In this document: in pieces, positions 10,975-19,788 of the stretch | How positions within the stretch are numbered: position 1 is the stretch's first letter | Layout: every line of letters starts with the position of its first letter | NCBI GenBank assembly: GCA_023230795.1 | Contig: JALNWR010000001.1 | Span: 1 to 32,909 of the forward strand | Length of the DNA: 32,909 nt | Source: Candidatus Cloacimonadota bacterium | Lineage (GTDB): Bacteria; Cloacimonadota; Cloacimonadia; Cloacimonadales; Cloacimonadaceae | Reading direction: 5' to 3' | The notes under the pieces: generated by a model | Databases searched by the model: none | Seen by the model: only the letters and a program-made list of their open reading frames with translations | Told to the model about the DNA's origin: nothing | Translations under genes and position numbers: made by a program

Positions 10975-11337
10975 CTATTGCAGGATCAGCTTGCGCTGTT
11001 TTTCCCGATCTTCAAATTCCAGCACTATCCTATTAGGCAAGCAGATGATGGGCATGCTTTTGTTAAAACCTTGTCTTACACAACGCTTATCCGGACAATC
11101 AGATGAGAGCATACGCGCCTTCCCATCCTGAATTTGCACCGTATTGTGCTGATCAATTTCGATGATTGTATCATGTGAGAGCTCGTACTCTCCCCACAGG
11201 GCGTCTTCCTTATATATATAGAGCATTTCATCCGTAGCAGCACTAAAATTACGCCACAGCAGATATGCTACTATCAGACAAGCCAGGATCAGGATCGCAT
11301 CGCTGATACTGAGCTTTTTAAAAATATTAATGGTCAT
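10975..11337 (-). CDS. NusG domain II-containing small membrane-anchored protein
   Basis: N-terminal TM helix ILILACLIVAYLLW, then the NusG_II-like signature SSDCPDKRCVRQG...PIICLPNRIVLEF. The likely start is MTINIF at 11337, giving an 11-nt overlap with the upstream gene. The track ORF extends to 11388. Confidence 0.68.
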   Translation of the reverse strand: MTINIFKKLSISDAILILACLIVAYLLWRNFSAATDEMLYIYKEDALWGEYELSHDTIIEIDQHNTVQIQDGKARMLSSDCPDKRCVRQGFNKSMPIICLPNRIVLEFEDREKQRKLILQ

Positions 11338-12331
11338 ACTGGCCGTAGATTGTTCTCCCACAATAAGGACAGTTCTTATCTGCCCCAATCAGGCTGTCGC
11401 AAGAGTACATTGACCTGCGGATCAGAACTTTACCGCAGTCCGGACACACGCTATTCTGAAAGCCATCCACTGCCAAGTTTCCACCATATACATAAGATAG
11501 CTTTCTCAAAGCAATCTCGCGGGCCCGAACAATATCCTGCGCCTTTGTAGCGGGCAGATCGGTAAGATAAGTGGGATGATATGCCGAGATATGCAGCGGG
11601 ATTTCAGGGCTGACAGAGGCGATAAAATCCACCAATTCATTCAGCTCTTCCTCACGATCATTGAGCCCGGGGATCAGCAGCAAGGTAAGCTCCAAATGCA
11701 CACCTGCTTCCCAGACCTGGCGGATATTTTCTTTGATCTGTTTGAGGCTCCCACCGCACTGCTGCCTGTAAAGCTCTTCCGTAATCCCCTTGATATCGAT
11801 GTTCATGGCGGTAATATGTGGTAAAAGCTGCGCCAAAGGCTCCGGATTCAGATAGCCATTGGAGACCAGGGCGAGCTTTACTTCCGGATACATAGCCGCA
11901 AAATCCAGGATATATTCATACCAGGTAAGCGGCTCTGTATAGGTAAAAGCAAGCTGCATGGTAGTAGGATTGTGTTTCATTACCGCCCTGTACAGGTCCT
12001 CCAGACTGAGCTTTACGGTCGGACTATCAAATTGTGAAATCTGATAGTTCTGACACCAGCGGCAGCTGAGATTACAGGAATTCGGCCCCAAAGAAAGTAT
12101 ATTGCTACCGGGACGGAAGTGGTAAAAGGGCTTTTTCTCTATGGGGTCCACCGAGATGCCCAAAGCTTTGGCATAATTCACTGCCCAAAGTTTTCCCGCT
12201 ATATTTTCCCGAGACCTGCATTTGCCCATCTCGCCCACCGGGATTACACAATAATGTGGGCACAGCTCGCACTGCAATACATCTTTGCCGAGCTTTTTGT
12301 AATACATGGCTTCACGAATCATTTCAGACAT
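11327..12331 (-). CDS. amrS: AmmeMemoRadiSam-system-type radical SAM enzyme (PflA-like activase fold)
   Basis: 334 aa. N-terminal Cys cluster CELCPHYCVIPVGEMGKC, then DPIEKKPFYHF, radical-SAM motif CNLSCRWCQN, and a C-terminal zinc-ribbon-like CPDCG...CPYCG. Confidence 0.78.
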   Translation of the reverse strand: MSEMIREAMYYKKLGKDVLQCELCPHYCVIPVGEMGKCRSRENIAGKLWAVNYAKALGISVDPIEKKPFYHFRPGSNILSLGPNSCNLSCRWCQNYQISQFDSPTVKLSLEDLYRAVMKHNPTTMQLAFTYTEPLTWYEYILDFAAMYPEVKLALVSNGYLNPEPLAQLLPHITAMNIDIKGITEELYRQQCGGSLKQIKENIRQVWEAGVHLELTLLLIPGLNDREEELNELVDFIASVSPEIPLHISAYHPTYLTDLPATKAQDIVRAREIALRKLSYVYGGNLAVDGFQNSVCPDCGKVLIRRSMYSCDSLIGADKNCPYCGRTIYGQYDH

Positions 12332-13563
12332 TGTTTTATACCTCTTACATGAACATCTAACGCATGGGCATTTTCCGTCAAGACTATTTTTGCATTTCTC
12401 CCCATTTCTTCTCTTTGCCCGCTGTCGCCGGCCAGAGCCAAAAGGTCTTCCAGCAGCTTATCCGGCTCTGAGATCAGGATGGCACTCGCTTTTTGCAAGA
12501 TGCGCACCGAATCCCGGCAAGAGGAATGGTAGCCTCCCATTACTATGGCTTTGGCATAAAAAGCAGGCTCCAGGGGATTGTGCCCGCCAAAGTCATAAAA
12601 ACTGCCTCCCACTATCACCAGATCTGAGATAGAGTAGGCTTTGCTCAGCTGCCCCAGGGTATCTATCAAAAGGACGTCCCATCCGGCTTTAGTATCCAGG
12701 CTGGAAAGCTTTTGGTAGTTTATACCACTCAGCAATTTCTCCACTTCCGGGATGCGCTTGGGATGCCTGGGTGCCAGGATCAATTTTAGAGCTGGTATGC
12801 CTTTCTTGAGCTCAGGAAGCAGCCCCAAAATCAGCACCTCTTCCCCGGGACGAGAGCTTCCCCAAACCAGGATAAAATCATCGTTCCTTATGCCCAGATC
12901 ATCCTTGATCTTGGCAGCATCGTATTCAGGTAAAGAAAGGCAAAACTTGAGATTTCCGGCCTGGGATACCGGTACCTGCTGGAATAGCTTTTCAAATCTC
13001 GCTTTGTCCTCTGCACTTTGGGCCAGGATGGCCTTGATGCTGCTGCCTATGATGCGCAATAGCGGCCCTATCTTCAGATAGTTTTTCAATGATATTTCCG
13101 AAAGCCGGGCATTTACGAAAACGATAGGAATAGCAAATTGACCGGCTGCATATAGTAGATTCGGCCAGATCTCGGTTTCCACTATCAAGATCAAGCGGGG
13201 CCTTAGCATCCTCATCTGCCTCTTCCTCAGATGCAATACATCCAGGGGAGCCAGGCTGATGCCAAGCTGGGGAAACATGCTCTGCGCCAAAGCTCTGCCT
13301 GTGATGGTAACCGTATTTATATGGATGGGATAGCCTTCTTGCAAGAGAGTTTTGATCAAAGCGGAAGCGGCATTGACCTCACCCACAGAGGCTGCGTGAA
13401 TCAAGATCGGCCTGTCCTGACGCCTGGCAGGCCTTTGAAAGCCTTCATTATATTGATACGGCAAAGCTATTAGCCTCGATAGCGGATAGCTAATATAGTA
13501 AATCACCTCAAGTATGAGGTTGAGCAGGGAAAATATAGCTTTATACAGTATCATATTCTTCAC
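12319..13563 (-). CDS. waaA: 3-deoxy-D-manno-octulosonic acid (Kdo) transferase
   Basis: 414 aa. Contains IHAASVGEVNAA and has WaaA/KdtA-like GT30 architecture. The track start is GTG at 13563; the first ATG is at 13554. Confidence 0.87.
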   Translation of the reverse strand: MKNMILYKAIFSLLNLILEVIYYISYPLSRLIALPYQYNEGFQRPARRQDRPILIHAASVGEVNAASALIKTLLQEGYPIHINTVTITGRALAQSMFPQLGISLAPLDVLHLRKRQMRMLRPRLILIVETEIWPNLLYAAGQFAIPIVFVNARLSEISLKNYLKIGPLLRIIGSSIKAILAQSAEDKARFEKLFQQVPVSQAGNLKFCLSLPEYDAAKIKDDLGIRNDDFILVWGSSRPGEEVLILGLLPELKKGIPALKLILAPRHPKRIPEVEKLLSGINYQKLSSLDTKAGWDVLLIDTLGQLSKAYSISDLVIVGGSFYDFGGHNPLEPAFYAKAIVMGGYHSSCRDSVRILQKASAILISEPDKLLEDLLALAGDSGQREEMGRNAKIVLTENAHALDVHVRGIKQCLK

Positions 13564-13569
13564 TTAACG

Positions 13570-13595
13570 AAAAAAGGACGCCTGAACAGGCGTCC
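13570..13595 (-). terminator. Rho-independent terminator downstream of tRNA-Asp
   Basis: Perfect 8-bp stem GGACGCCT/AGGCGTCC (13576-13583 / 13588-13595) with a 4-nt loop. On the minus strand it is followed by T6 (13575-13570). Confidence 0.65.
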
Positions 13596-13602
13596 GAATT
13601 TA

Positions 13603-13680
13603 TGGCGGGAGCGACGGGACTCGAACTCGCGACCTTCTGCGTGACAGGCAGACGTTCTAACCAAACTGAACTACGCCCCC
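13603..13680 (-). tRNA. tRNA-Asp (anticodon GTC), CCA encoded
   Basis: The reverse complement reads GGGGGCG-TA-GTTC-AGTTTGGTTA-GAAC-G-TCTGC-CTGTCAC-GCAGA-AGGTC-GCGAG-TTCGAGT-CCCGT-CGCTCCC-G-CCA. It folds as a cloverleaf with one A-C mismatch in the T stem. The anticodon loop is CT-GTC-AC. Confidence 0.9.
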
Positions 13681-13709
13681 AGCGTTGTTCTTGTTGCATA
13701 TGTTTGATC

Positions 13710-13738
13710 AATATCCTCAATGCCCGCTTTTTTGTCAA
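13710..13738 (-). promoter_or_regulatory. Candidate sigma70-type promoter for tRNA-Asp
   Basis: On the minus strand: TTGACA (13738-13733), a 17-nt spacer, then GATATT (13715-13710), about 25-30 nt upstream of the mature tRNA 5' end. Confidence 0.35.
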
Positions 13739-14329
13739 GCAGAATCTTTATCCGGAAGGCATTTTTTATCTTCATAATTTTGAAAACATCACTTATACAA
13801 TTACTTACCACCTTGATATTCCTTATGGATTTCTGCCATTTTAGTGATGAATATACCCGTGATGCCACAAACTGCTGCCTGTCCAGGGTCTTTTCCATAG
13901 CCTGATAAGTTCAAACCTTCGTGCTTATGTGCACATCATAATCCTGCACACTCCATTTCATGACGGGCATACTCCTGCCTTCCGTAAAAACTATATCTGT
14001 CCTCCTGCTATCCATATATTGGATAATGCCGCAAGAAAACCTCCATCAACAATCTGCCTTGAAAGACTTTAGCTGACGGTTTAACCGTCATTCAAAGAGC
14101 TCATACCCGCCGCAAGACTTTTCCCCCGCCTTTGAAGGCGTGACAATCCGAAGCTACATATCCTACCTCTGATCAAACTTGACTTGGCTGCGATTATAAA
14201 GGCTATAAAGCTAAACCATCTCAACTCTCCAAAACTCCAAAAACAGTCCTTGACGAAATATCAAGACTTAGAATATCATGTATTTGTTTGATATTATTAT
14301 TCAAGATCAGCCTTAAACATATATAGTGT

Positions 14330-14566
14330 GTGGTAAAGACTTGCCGAAATTTACCTGCCCATAAAGCACCAGACAACTGTATCGAAATATACAATATCAA
14401 GGGGCAGAAAGTTAGAAGTATCCCAATGAGTAACGCAGCCAGTCCTATCGCTCATGTAGTGTGGAATAGACGGGATAATGAAGGCAGGAGGTGTCCCACA
14501 GGAGTATATCTGATTCGTGAAACAAACAATCCACAGAATACCAAGAAAATAACCCTGGTAAAATAG
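14330..14566 (+). pseudogene. 5'-truncated remnant encoding only a T9SS/FlgD-Ig-type C-terminal sorting domain
   Basis: The 78-codon ORF starts at GTG, right after an in-frame TAG. IEIYNIKGQKVRSI...VVWNRRDNEGRRCPTGVYLIRE...KKITLVK parallels the C-terminal ~80 aa of the 30665-32909 protein (VGIYNVKGQKVKDL...VVWDGKDKHQRDVSSGIYFVKM...RKIMLMK). No passenger domain or signal peptide lies upstream. Confidence 0.5.
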
Positions 14567-14676
14567 GAGATTATCATGAAAAATTTAATTCTCTTCGCCC
14601 TTTGCATTATGTTGGGAAGTCTTTTAGATGAGCTATGATTGCTGATAATCGCTTTTTATCGAGAAAAGTTAGATAT

Positions 14677-15144
14677 ATGCTAAGAAAGAGCATTATCCTT
14701 TTGCTCATTGCGCTTGGCACATTGCTGTTGTCCTTCGGTTGCAAGTGCAAAGTGCAGAAAAGCCCTCCTGCTGTGGAAGCTGAAGCGCCCCAGGCGGCCT
14801 CTGCTAAACCCCAAAGCCTGAAAGAGGCTATTCAGCTTTATGAGACTTCTTTCCACCCTTTGGACGCAGAGGAATCTGTGAGAGTATTTTATTCCAATGC
14901 TTACGGTAACGACCCAGAAGCTCAGTATTACCTGGGGCTGGCCCGCTGGGAAGGCAGAGGGGCAGAGCAAAGCGAACTGGAAGCCTACGTTTGGTGGACC
15001 ATAGCTGCCCGGCAATACCATTTGGATTCCATGAACCGGATTGAGAATGTAAAGGAGATTTTCAGCAGGGAGGATCTGGCCGAAATAGATAACCGGGCTA
15101 AGGACTGGGCGGAAAAGGTGCGTAATACTCCGGAAATGCAATGA
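14677..15144 (+). CDS. Sel1-repeat lipoprotein
   Basis: Likely start MLRKSIILLLIALGTLLLSFGC, a signal peptide with lipobox LSFG|C. A Sel1-like repeat follows (AQYYLGLARWEGRGAEQSELEAYVWWTIAARQ). The track ORF begins at 14635. Confidence 0.68.
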   Translation: MLRKSIILLLIALGTLLLSFGCKCKVQKSPPAVEAEAPQAASAKPQSLKEAIQLYETSFHPLDAEESVRVFYSNAYGNDPEAQYYLGLARWEGRGAEQSELEAYVWWTIAARQYHLDSMNRIENVKEIFSREDLAEIDNRAKDWAEKVRNTPEMQ

Positions 15145-15235
15145 GGTTGATCTGGATTCAGATTAAATGGATTTCGGAGTCGGTACTGAGGAGGCTCGAT
15201 ATACTGGGGAAGGGCAGATGAATTCGAACTGCTAT

Positions 15236-15949
15236 TTATTGCAGGTTACGATTGCGATAAGCCTGAAACTGTGCTGAGATGGCTATCGCGGCCGTTTCAG
15301 CCCGGGTAACAAGATGTGAGAGGCGGATACCGGGTAAAGCTTTGAGCAGGGCAAATTCCTCTTGAGTAAAGCCGCCTTCGGGACCTATCAAAAAGCATAG
15401 GTCATCCCCGCAATCCAGGTCTTGCAGCCACAGGCCTTCTTCCCGCTCCGAGCACAACACAGGGGTATAGCCAGCACCTTGAATCTCGGTGATGGCAGTC
15501 TCCAAGTTCCTGACCGGATGCACTTTTGGCAGCCAGGGATTATCGCACTGTTTGATCGCCGCCAGAGCGATCTTTTCAAAGCGGGAAATAGTGTTTTTGC
15601 CCTCCTCCCGCACGGTGCGCCCGGTGATTAGCGGAAAGAAATCTTGCGCCCCAAGTTCGGTGCACTTTTCCACAGCCAGCTCATCATGATGATTTTTCAG
15701 CAGGGCAAAAGCAATGGCAAAGCGGGGCCGGAGCATCTCGTGGAATTCGGTGGAAATAATCTCCAGGGCTGCGCTGTGCTTTTCCAGCTTCATCAGCCTT
15801 GCCTTTGCCAGATAGCCATTCCCGCCATTGATCAGAATCTTTTGATCTTTGGCCAGGCGTTTGACCCGGGCAAGATGGTGAAATTCTGTGGCATCCAAGC
15901 TGAGGATTTGGGTCTCTTGATCCAACTGGGGATAGTATTGCGAAGGCAT
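15236..15949 (-). CDS. rsmE: 16S rRNA (uracil1498-N3)-methyltransferase
   Basis: 237 aa. N-terminal PUA-like segment (HHLARVKRL) and C-terminal SPOUT motif LIGPEGGFTQEE. It starts 2 nt after the dnaJ stop. Confidence 0.86.
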   Translation of the reverse strand: MPSQYYPQLDQETQILSLDATEFHHLARVKRLAKDQKILINGGNGYLAKARLMKLEKHSAALEIISTEFHEMLRPRFAIAFALLKNHHDELAVEKCTELGAQDFFPLITGRTVREEGKNTISRFEKIALAAIKQCDNPWLPKVHPVRNLETAITEIQGAGYTPVLCSEREEGLWLQDLDCGDDLCFLIGPEGGFTQEEFALLKALPGIRLSHLVTRAETAAIAISAQFQAYRNRNLQ

Positions 15950-15951
15950 TT

Positions 15952-17109
15952 TCAGCTAAAGTAGTCTCTCAATTTTGAGAAGAATCCGCGGCCCGGCTTC
16001 AGATCGCGCTTGCTGTCAAATTCGCGCAGCCTGGTATATAGCTCGGTCTCTTCCTTGTTGATTTTAGTGGGTGTGACTAAGACTACTTTCACGATCTCAT
16101 CGCCCTTGCTATAGGTATTCAGCCCCTGGATTCCCTGTCCTTTGAGCCGGAACAGTCTGCCGCTTTGGGTGCCGGCGGGAACCTTCATCTTGACTTTTCC
16201 GGTAAGGGTGGGCACCAGGATTTCATCTCCCAAAACCGCCTGTGAGACCGAGATGGGGTATTCGATGAGGATGTCATTGCCATGCCGTTCAAAAAGGTCG
16301 TCCTGCTTTTCATGGATGAGCACCAGGATGTCTCCGCGGGTTCCGCCCCGTGGGCCCATGTTTCCTTGTCCTCTGAGCCGGATATACTGGTTTTCTTCTA
16401 CTCCTGCGGGGATTTTCACGGTGATCTCTTTGACCTTGCCCATTCTGCCTTCGCCATAGCATTTGGTGCATTTGCTCTTGATGATCTTGCCTTCTCCGCG
16501 GCAGGATGGACATTCGGACACGGTTTGCATCTGGCCAAAAAGAGATTGACGCACCTGGCGCACCTGGCCTGTGCCGCGGCATTGGGAGCAGGTCTCCACT
16601 TGCCCGTCTGCACTTCCGGTGCCATTACACTTGTCGCATGCTTCTTTGGTGCCGATCTTGATCTTCTTTTCTGTGCCTGTGGCAATTTCTTTTAGCGATA
16701 AGGATAGCTCTATCTGCAAATCCTCTCCGCGATTTGAAGCTCTGGATGATGATCCGCGTCCGCCCCCAAACCCTCCGCCAAAGAGACTCTCAAAGATGGA
16801 AGAGAAGCCATCTCCAAAGATATCGTTGAGATCACTGCGTTGGGTAAAGTTCTCCCAGGAAAAGCCTCCGGCACCAAATTGATTTTCTATGCCGGCATGT
16901 CCGTATTGGTCGTAAAGCTGCCGCTTTTCCTTGTCGCTGAGAATCTCATAGGCTTCACTGGCTTCCTTGAATTTCTCTTCTGCTTCCTTGTTATCGGGGT
17001 TTTTATCCGGGTGAAACTGCATTGCCAGCTTGCGGTAGGCTTTCTTTATCGCCCCTTCATCTGCGTCTTTGGGCACGCCCAGAATTTCATAATAATCTCG
17101 TTTCGCCAT
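15952..17109 (-). CDS. dnaJ: Molecular chaperone DnaJ
   Basis: J domain DYYEILGV...HPDKN, a G/F-rich linker, and four CxxCxGxG zinc motifs ([32 protein letters not shown]). Confidence 0.96.
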   Translation of the reverse strand: MAKRDYYEILGVPKDADEGAIKKAYRKLAMQFHPDKNPDNKEAEEKFKEASEAYEILSDKEKRQLYDQYGHAGIENQFGAGGFSWENFTQRSDLNDIFGDGFSSIFESLFGGGFGGGRGSSSRASNRGEDLQIELSLSLKEIATGTEKKIKIGTKEACDKCNGTGSADGQVETCSQCRGTGQVRQVRQSLFGQMQTVSECPSCRGEGKIIKSKCTKCYGEGRMGKVKEITVKIPAGVEENQYIRLRGQGNMGPRGGTRGDILVLIHEKQDDLFERHGNDILIEYPISVSQAVLGDEILVPTLTGKVKMKVPAGTQSGRLFRLKGQGIQGLNTYSKGDEIVKVVLVTPTKINKEETELYTRLREFDSKRDLKPGRGFFSKLRDYFS

Positions 17110-17134
17110 CTTTTCTCCTGAAAAATATATTGCT

Positions 17135-17235
17135 GATCTTTATAGCTGCTGCCCGGCCCGGCCGCAGCTATAGATCTTCTGAATCAAATAGCCAAACAGC
17201 TTGCCTGCGGGGTTTGCCGACAGGCAAAGCTGTTT
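17135..17235 (-). terminator. Two long hairpins between dnaK and dnaJ (attenuator or partial terminator)
   Basis: Hairpin A pairs 17194-17207 (AAACAGCTTGCCTG) with 17221-17235 (CAGGCAAAGCTGTTT), with a 1-nt bulge. Hairpin B pairs 17135-17149 with 17164-17176 (TATAGCTGC/GCAGCTATA core). Only a weak T-run follows hairpin A on the minus strand. Confidence 0.45.
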
Positions 17236-17253
17236 GAGCTAATCAGTTTATGT

Positions 17254-19230
17254 TTATTTATCGTTGTTATCGTCCATTACTTCGAATTCTGCATCGATTG
17301 GGCCATCATCGCTTTGGGGCTGCTCTTGCTGCTGCCCTTGCGAGGCAAAGTCTTCAGGATTGAAGCCCTGGGCATTGGGATCAAAGCCCGCTCCACCTTC
17401 CTGTCCTTGCTGCTGCTGCATATTAGCATAGATGATCTCACCCAGTTTCTGAGCCTTTTTGGACAGATTTTCTTTAATCTGATCCAACTGTGCTTTGTCG
17501 CCAACTTTGTCAAGCTGTTCTTTGGCGCTCTTCAGCTCATCTTCGAGTTCTTTGCGCTCGGTCTCAGAGAGTTTATCGCCATGTTCTTCCAGGCTTTTTT
17601 CGGTGCTGAAGATCAAAGTATCCAGCTCGTTTTTGGCACTGACAAATTCCTGACGCTTCTTGTCTTCTTCAGCGTGCAATTCAGCATCCTTGATCATGCG
17701 ATCAATATCTTCTGAACTGATGCTGCCGGCGCGGTCTATCTGTATGGATTGCTCCTTGCCGGTGCCCTTGTCTTTGGCGGATACGTGCAGAATGCCATTG
17801 GCATCCAGATCGAAGGTTACCTCTATCTGTGGCATCCCCCGCGGGGCGGAAGGAATTCCCACCAGATCGAATCTTCCCAGACTCTTATTATCCGGAGCCA
17901 TAGGTCTTTCACCCTGCAATACATGGATGGTCACTGCGGTCTGATTGTCTGCCGCGGTGGAAAATACCTGGCTCTTTTTGGTGGGTATGGTGGTATTTCT
18001 GGGAATCAGCGTAGTCATCATATTGCCCAGAGTCTCTATTCCCAGAGAAAGCGGGGTTACGTCCAGCAGGAGCACATCGGATACGTTGTCATCACCGGAG
18101 AGGATAGCTCCCTGGATTCCGGCACCGATAGCCACCACTTCATCCGGATTCAGGCTGCGATTTGGCTTTTTGCCAAAGAACTTTTCTACGGCTTCGCCCA
18201 CTGCGGGGATTCTGGTGCTGCCGCCGACCATCAGTATCTCCTGAATATCGGAGGCATTTAGTTTGGCATCGGCCAGAGCCTTTTTACAGGGGCCCAGAGT
18301 CCGCTCTACCAAATCTGAGGTGAGGCGGTTGAATTCTGCCAGACTAAGGTCCAGATTCAGGTGCTTAGGCCCGGTGGCATCAGCAGTGATGAAGGGCAGA
18401 TTGATATTGCTGGTCTGGGTTCCGGAAAGCTCGATCTTGGCCTTTTCGGCAGCTTCACGCAGGCGCTGCAGTGCCATGGGGTCTTTGGAAAGGTCTATCC
18501 CTTCCTGCTTCTTGAACTGTTCCAATATCCAGTTTATCACCCGCTGATCAAAATCATCTCCACCCAGATGAGTATCGCCATTGGTAGCCAATACTTCCAC
18601 TACGCCGCTGGAAATATCCAGGATAGAGATATCAAAAGTACCTCCACCCAGATCATATACCGCTACCTTCTGCTCTTTCTTATTTTCCATGCCATAGGCC
18701 AAAGCGGCTGCGGTAGGCTCGTTTATGATGCGTTTCACTTCCAGGCCGGCAATGCGTCCGGCATCTTTGGTAGCCTGCCGCTGGTCGTCGTTGAAATAAG
18801 CCGGAACTGTGATCACAGCTTCATTAACCGTGGTGCCCAGATAGGCTTCTGCGGTTTCCTTCATCTTGCCCAGCACCATCGCGGCTACTTCTTGCGGAGT
18901 GAAATCTTTATTTTGATTACTGATATGCACCGCCGCTTGATTCTTGATGCCAGAAATCACTTTGAACGGTACCTGTTTTATCTCTTCGCTCACTTCGCCA
19001 TAGGAGCGTCCCATAAAGCGCTTGATCGAAAAAACGGTGTTTTGGGGATTGGTAACAGCCTGCCTTTTGGCCAGCTGACCTACCATCCTTTCACCTTTTT
19101 GAGTAAATCCTATTACGGAGGGGGTGGTTCTGCCACCTTCCGCGTTTGTTATCACGACGGGTTTCCCGCCTTCTACTACTGCCACACATGAGTTTGTGGT
19201 TCCGAGATCAATTCCAATTATCTTTCCCAT
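17254..19230 (-). CDS. dnaK: Molecular chaperone DnaK (Hsp70)
   Basis: 658 aa. Contains [25 protein letters not shown] and VGGSTRIP. The Q/G/D-rich C-terminal tail is typical of Hsp70. Confidence 0.98.
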   Translation of the reverse strand: MGKIIGIDLGTTNSCVAVVEGGKPVVITNAEGGRTTPSVIGFTQKGERMVGQLAKRQAVTNPQNTVFSIKRFMGRSYGEVSEEIKQVPFKVISGIKNQAAVHISNQNKDFTPQEVAAMVLGKMKETAEAYLGTTVNEAVITVPAYFNDDQRQATKDAGRIAGLEVKRIINEPTAAALAYGMENKKEQKVAVYDLGGGTFDISILDISSGVVEVLATNGDTHLGGDDFDQRVINWILEQFKKQEGIDLSKDPMALQRLREAAEKAKIELSGTQTSNINLPFITADATGPKHLNLDLSLAEFNRLTSDLVERTLGPCKKALADAKLNASDIQEILMVGGSTRIPAVGEAVEKFFGKKPNRSLNPDEVVAIGAGIQGAILSGDDNVSDVLLLDVTPLSLGIETLGNMMTTLIPRNTTIPTKKSQVFSTAADNQTAVTIHVLQGERPMAPDNKSLGRFDLVGIPSAPRGMPQIEVTFDLDANGILHVSAKDKGTGKEQSIQIDRAGSISSEDIDRMIKDAELHAEEDKKRQEFVSAKNELDTLIFSTEKSLEEHGDKLSETERKELEDELKSAKEQLDKVGDKAQLDQIKENLSKKAQKLGEIIYANMQQQQGQEGGAGFDPNAQGFNPEDFASQGQQQEQPQSDDGPIDAEFEVMDDNNDK

Positions 19231-19788
19231 TTAATCCTCCTGGGTATTCATTTTGTTGCCATTTGAGACCGCCACTCGCACCGGACGTATCACCTTGTCG
19301 TGCATGGTGTATCCATTTTGAATAATGGCGGCCACAATATTTTCTTCATAATCACTGGGAATGTGGGCCAAAGCTTCGTGATATTCTGGGTCAAATTCCC
19401 GTCCCAAAGCTTCGATCTTCTTGATTCCCTCTTTTTCAAGGGCTGTAGCCAATTGCTTTTCGATCAATATCATCCCCTCTATAAAGGGGGTTTTCAGGTC
19501 TTCGGCATTGGCTTGCAGCAAAGCGCGCTCAAAATTGTCTAAGACGTCACAGATATGCAGCGCCAATTCCTTGGTAGCGTGGCGAATCCAATCCGCCTTC
19601 TCGGCATTTGTTCTTTTGCGGTAATTCTCAAATTCCGCCATGGTTCGCAAATACCTATCTTTAAAGTCTATTATCTCCACAGCAGCCTCAGGCTTTTCTT
19701 CTGCCTCTGGTTCTATCTTAGTCTTTGCCTTCACTTGCTCTTCTTTCTGCGACTGCATTTTCTTATCCTTTTGCTGTTTTTTACTCAT
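19231..19788 (-). CDS. grpE: Nucleotide exchange factor GrpE
   Basis: The likely start MSKKQQKDKK at 19788 overlaps the hrcA stop by 8 nt. The GrpE core is RTMAEFENYRKR...LDNFERAL...GYTMHDKVIRPVRVAV. The track ORF extends to 19851. Confidence 0.92.
   Translation of the reverse strand: MSKKQQKDKKMQSQKEEQVKAKTKIEPEAEEKPEAAVEIIDFKDRYLRTMAEFENYRKRTNAEKADWIRHATKELALHICDVLDNFERALLQANAEDLKTPFIEGMILIEKQLATALEKEGIKKIEALGREFDPEYHEALAHIPSDYEENIVAAIIQNGYTMHDKVIRPVRVAVSNGNKMNTQED

Noticed and set aside
13541-13905. Short ORFs 13541-13738(-), 13602-13844(+), 13671-13898(-) and 13720-13905(+)
   Set aside because: They run through the tRNA-Asp gene, its terminator or its promoter, are AT-rich, and lack Shine-Dalgarno sequences.
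14028-14117. 9-nt direct repeat GCCGCAAGA (14028-14036 and 14109-14117) and small palindromes TGACGGTTTAACCGTCA (14074-14090) and CGCCTTTGAAGGCG (14127-14140) in the gene-free gap
   Set aside because: One 9-mer repeat within about 650 nt is roughly what chance predicts (expectation near 1). The palindromes are short and isolated, so they give no support for a specific element.
14138-14146. GCGTGACAA, a partial match to the element end motif, far from the element
   Set aside because: Only the 7-nt core is partly matched and the CGA(C/G)G extension is absent. This is consistent with chance.
14680-15141. 153-aa minus-strand ORF opposite the Sel1 lipoprotein gene
   Set aside because: The + strand frame has a canonical lipoprotein signal peptide and a Sel1 repeat. 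The antisense translation has no features.
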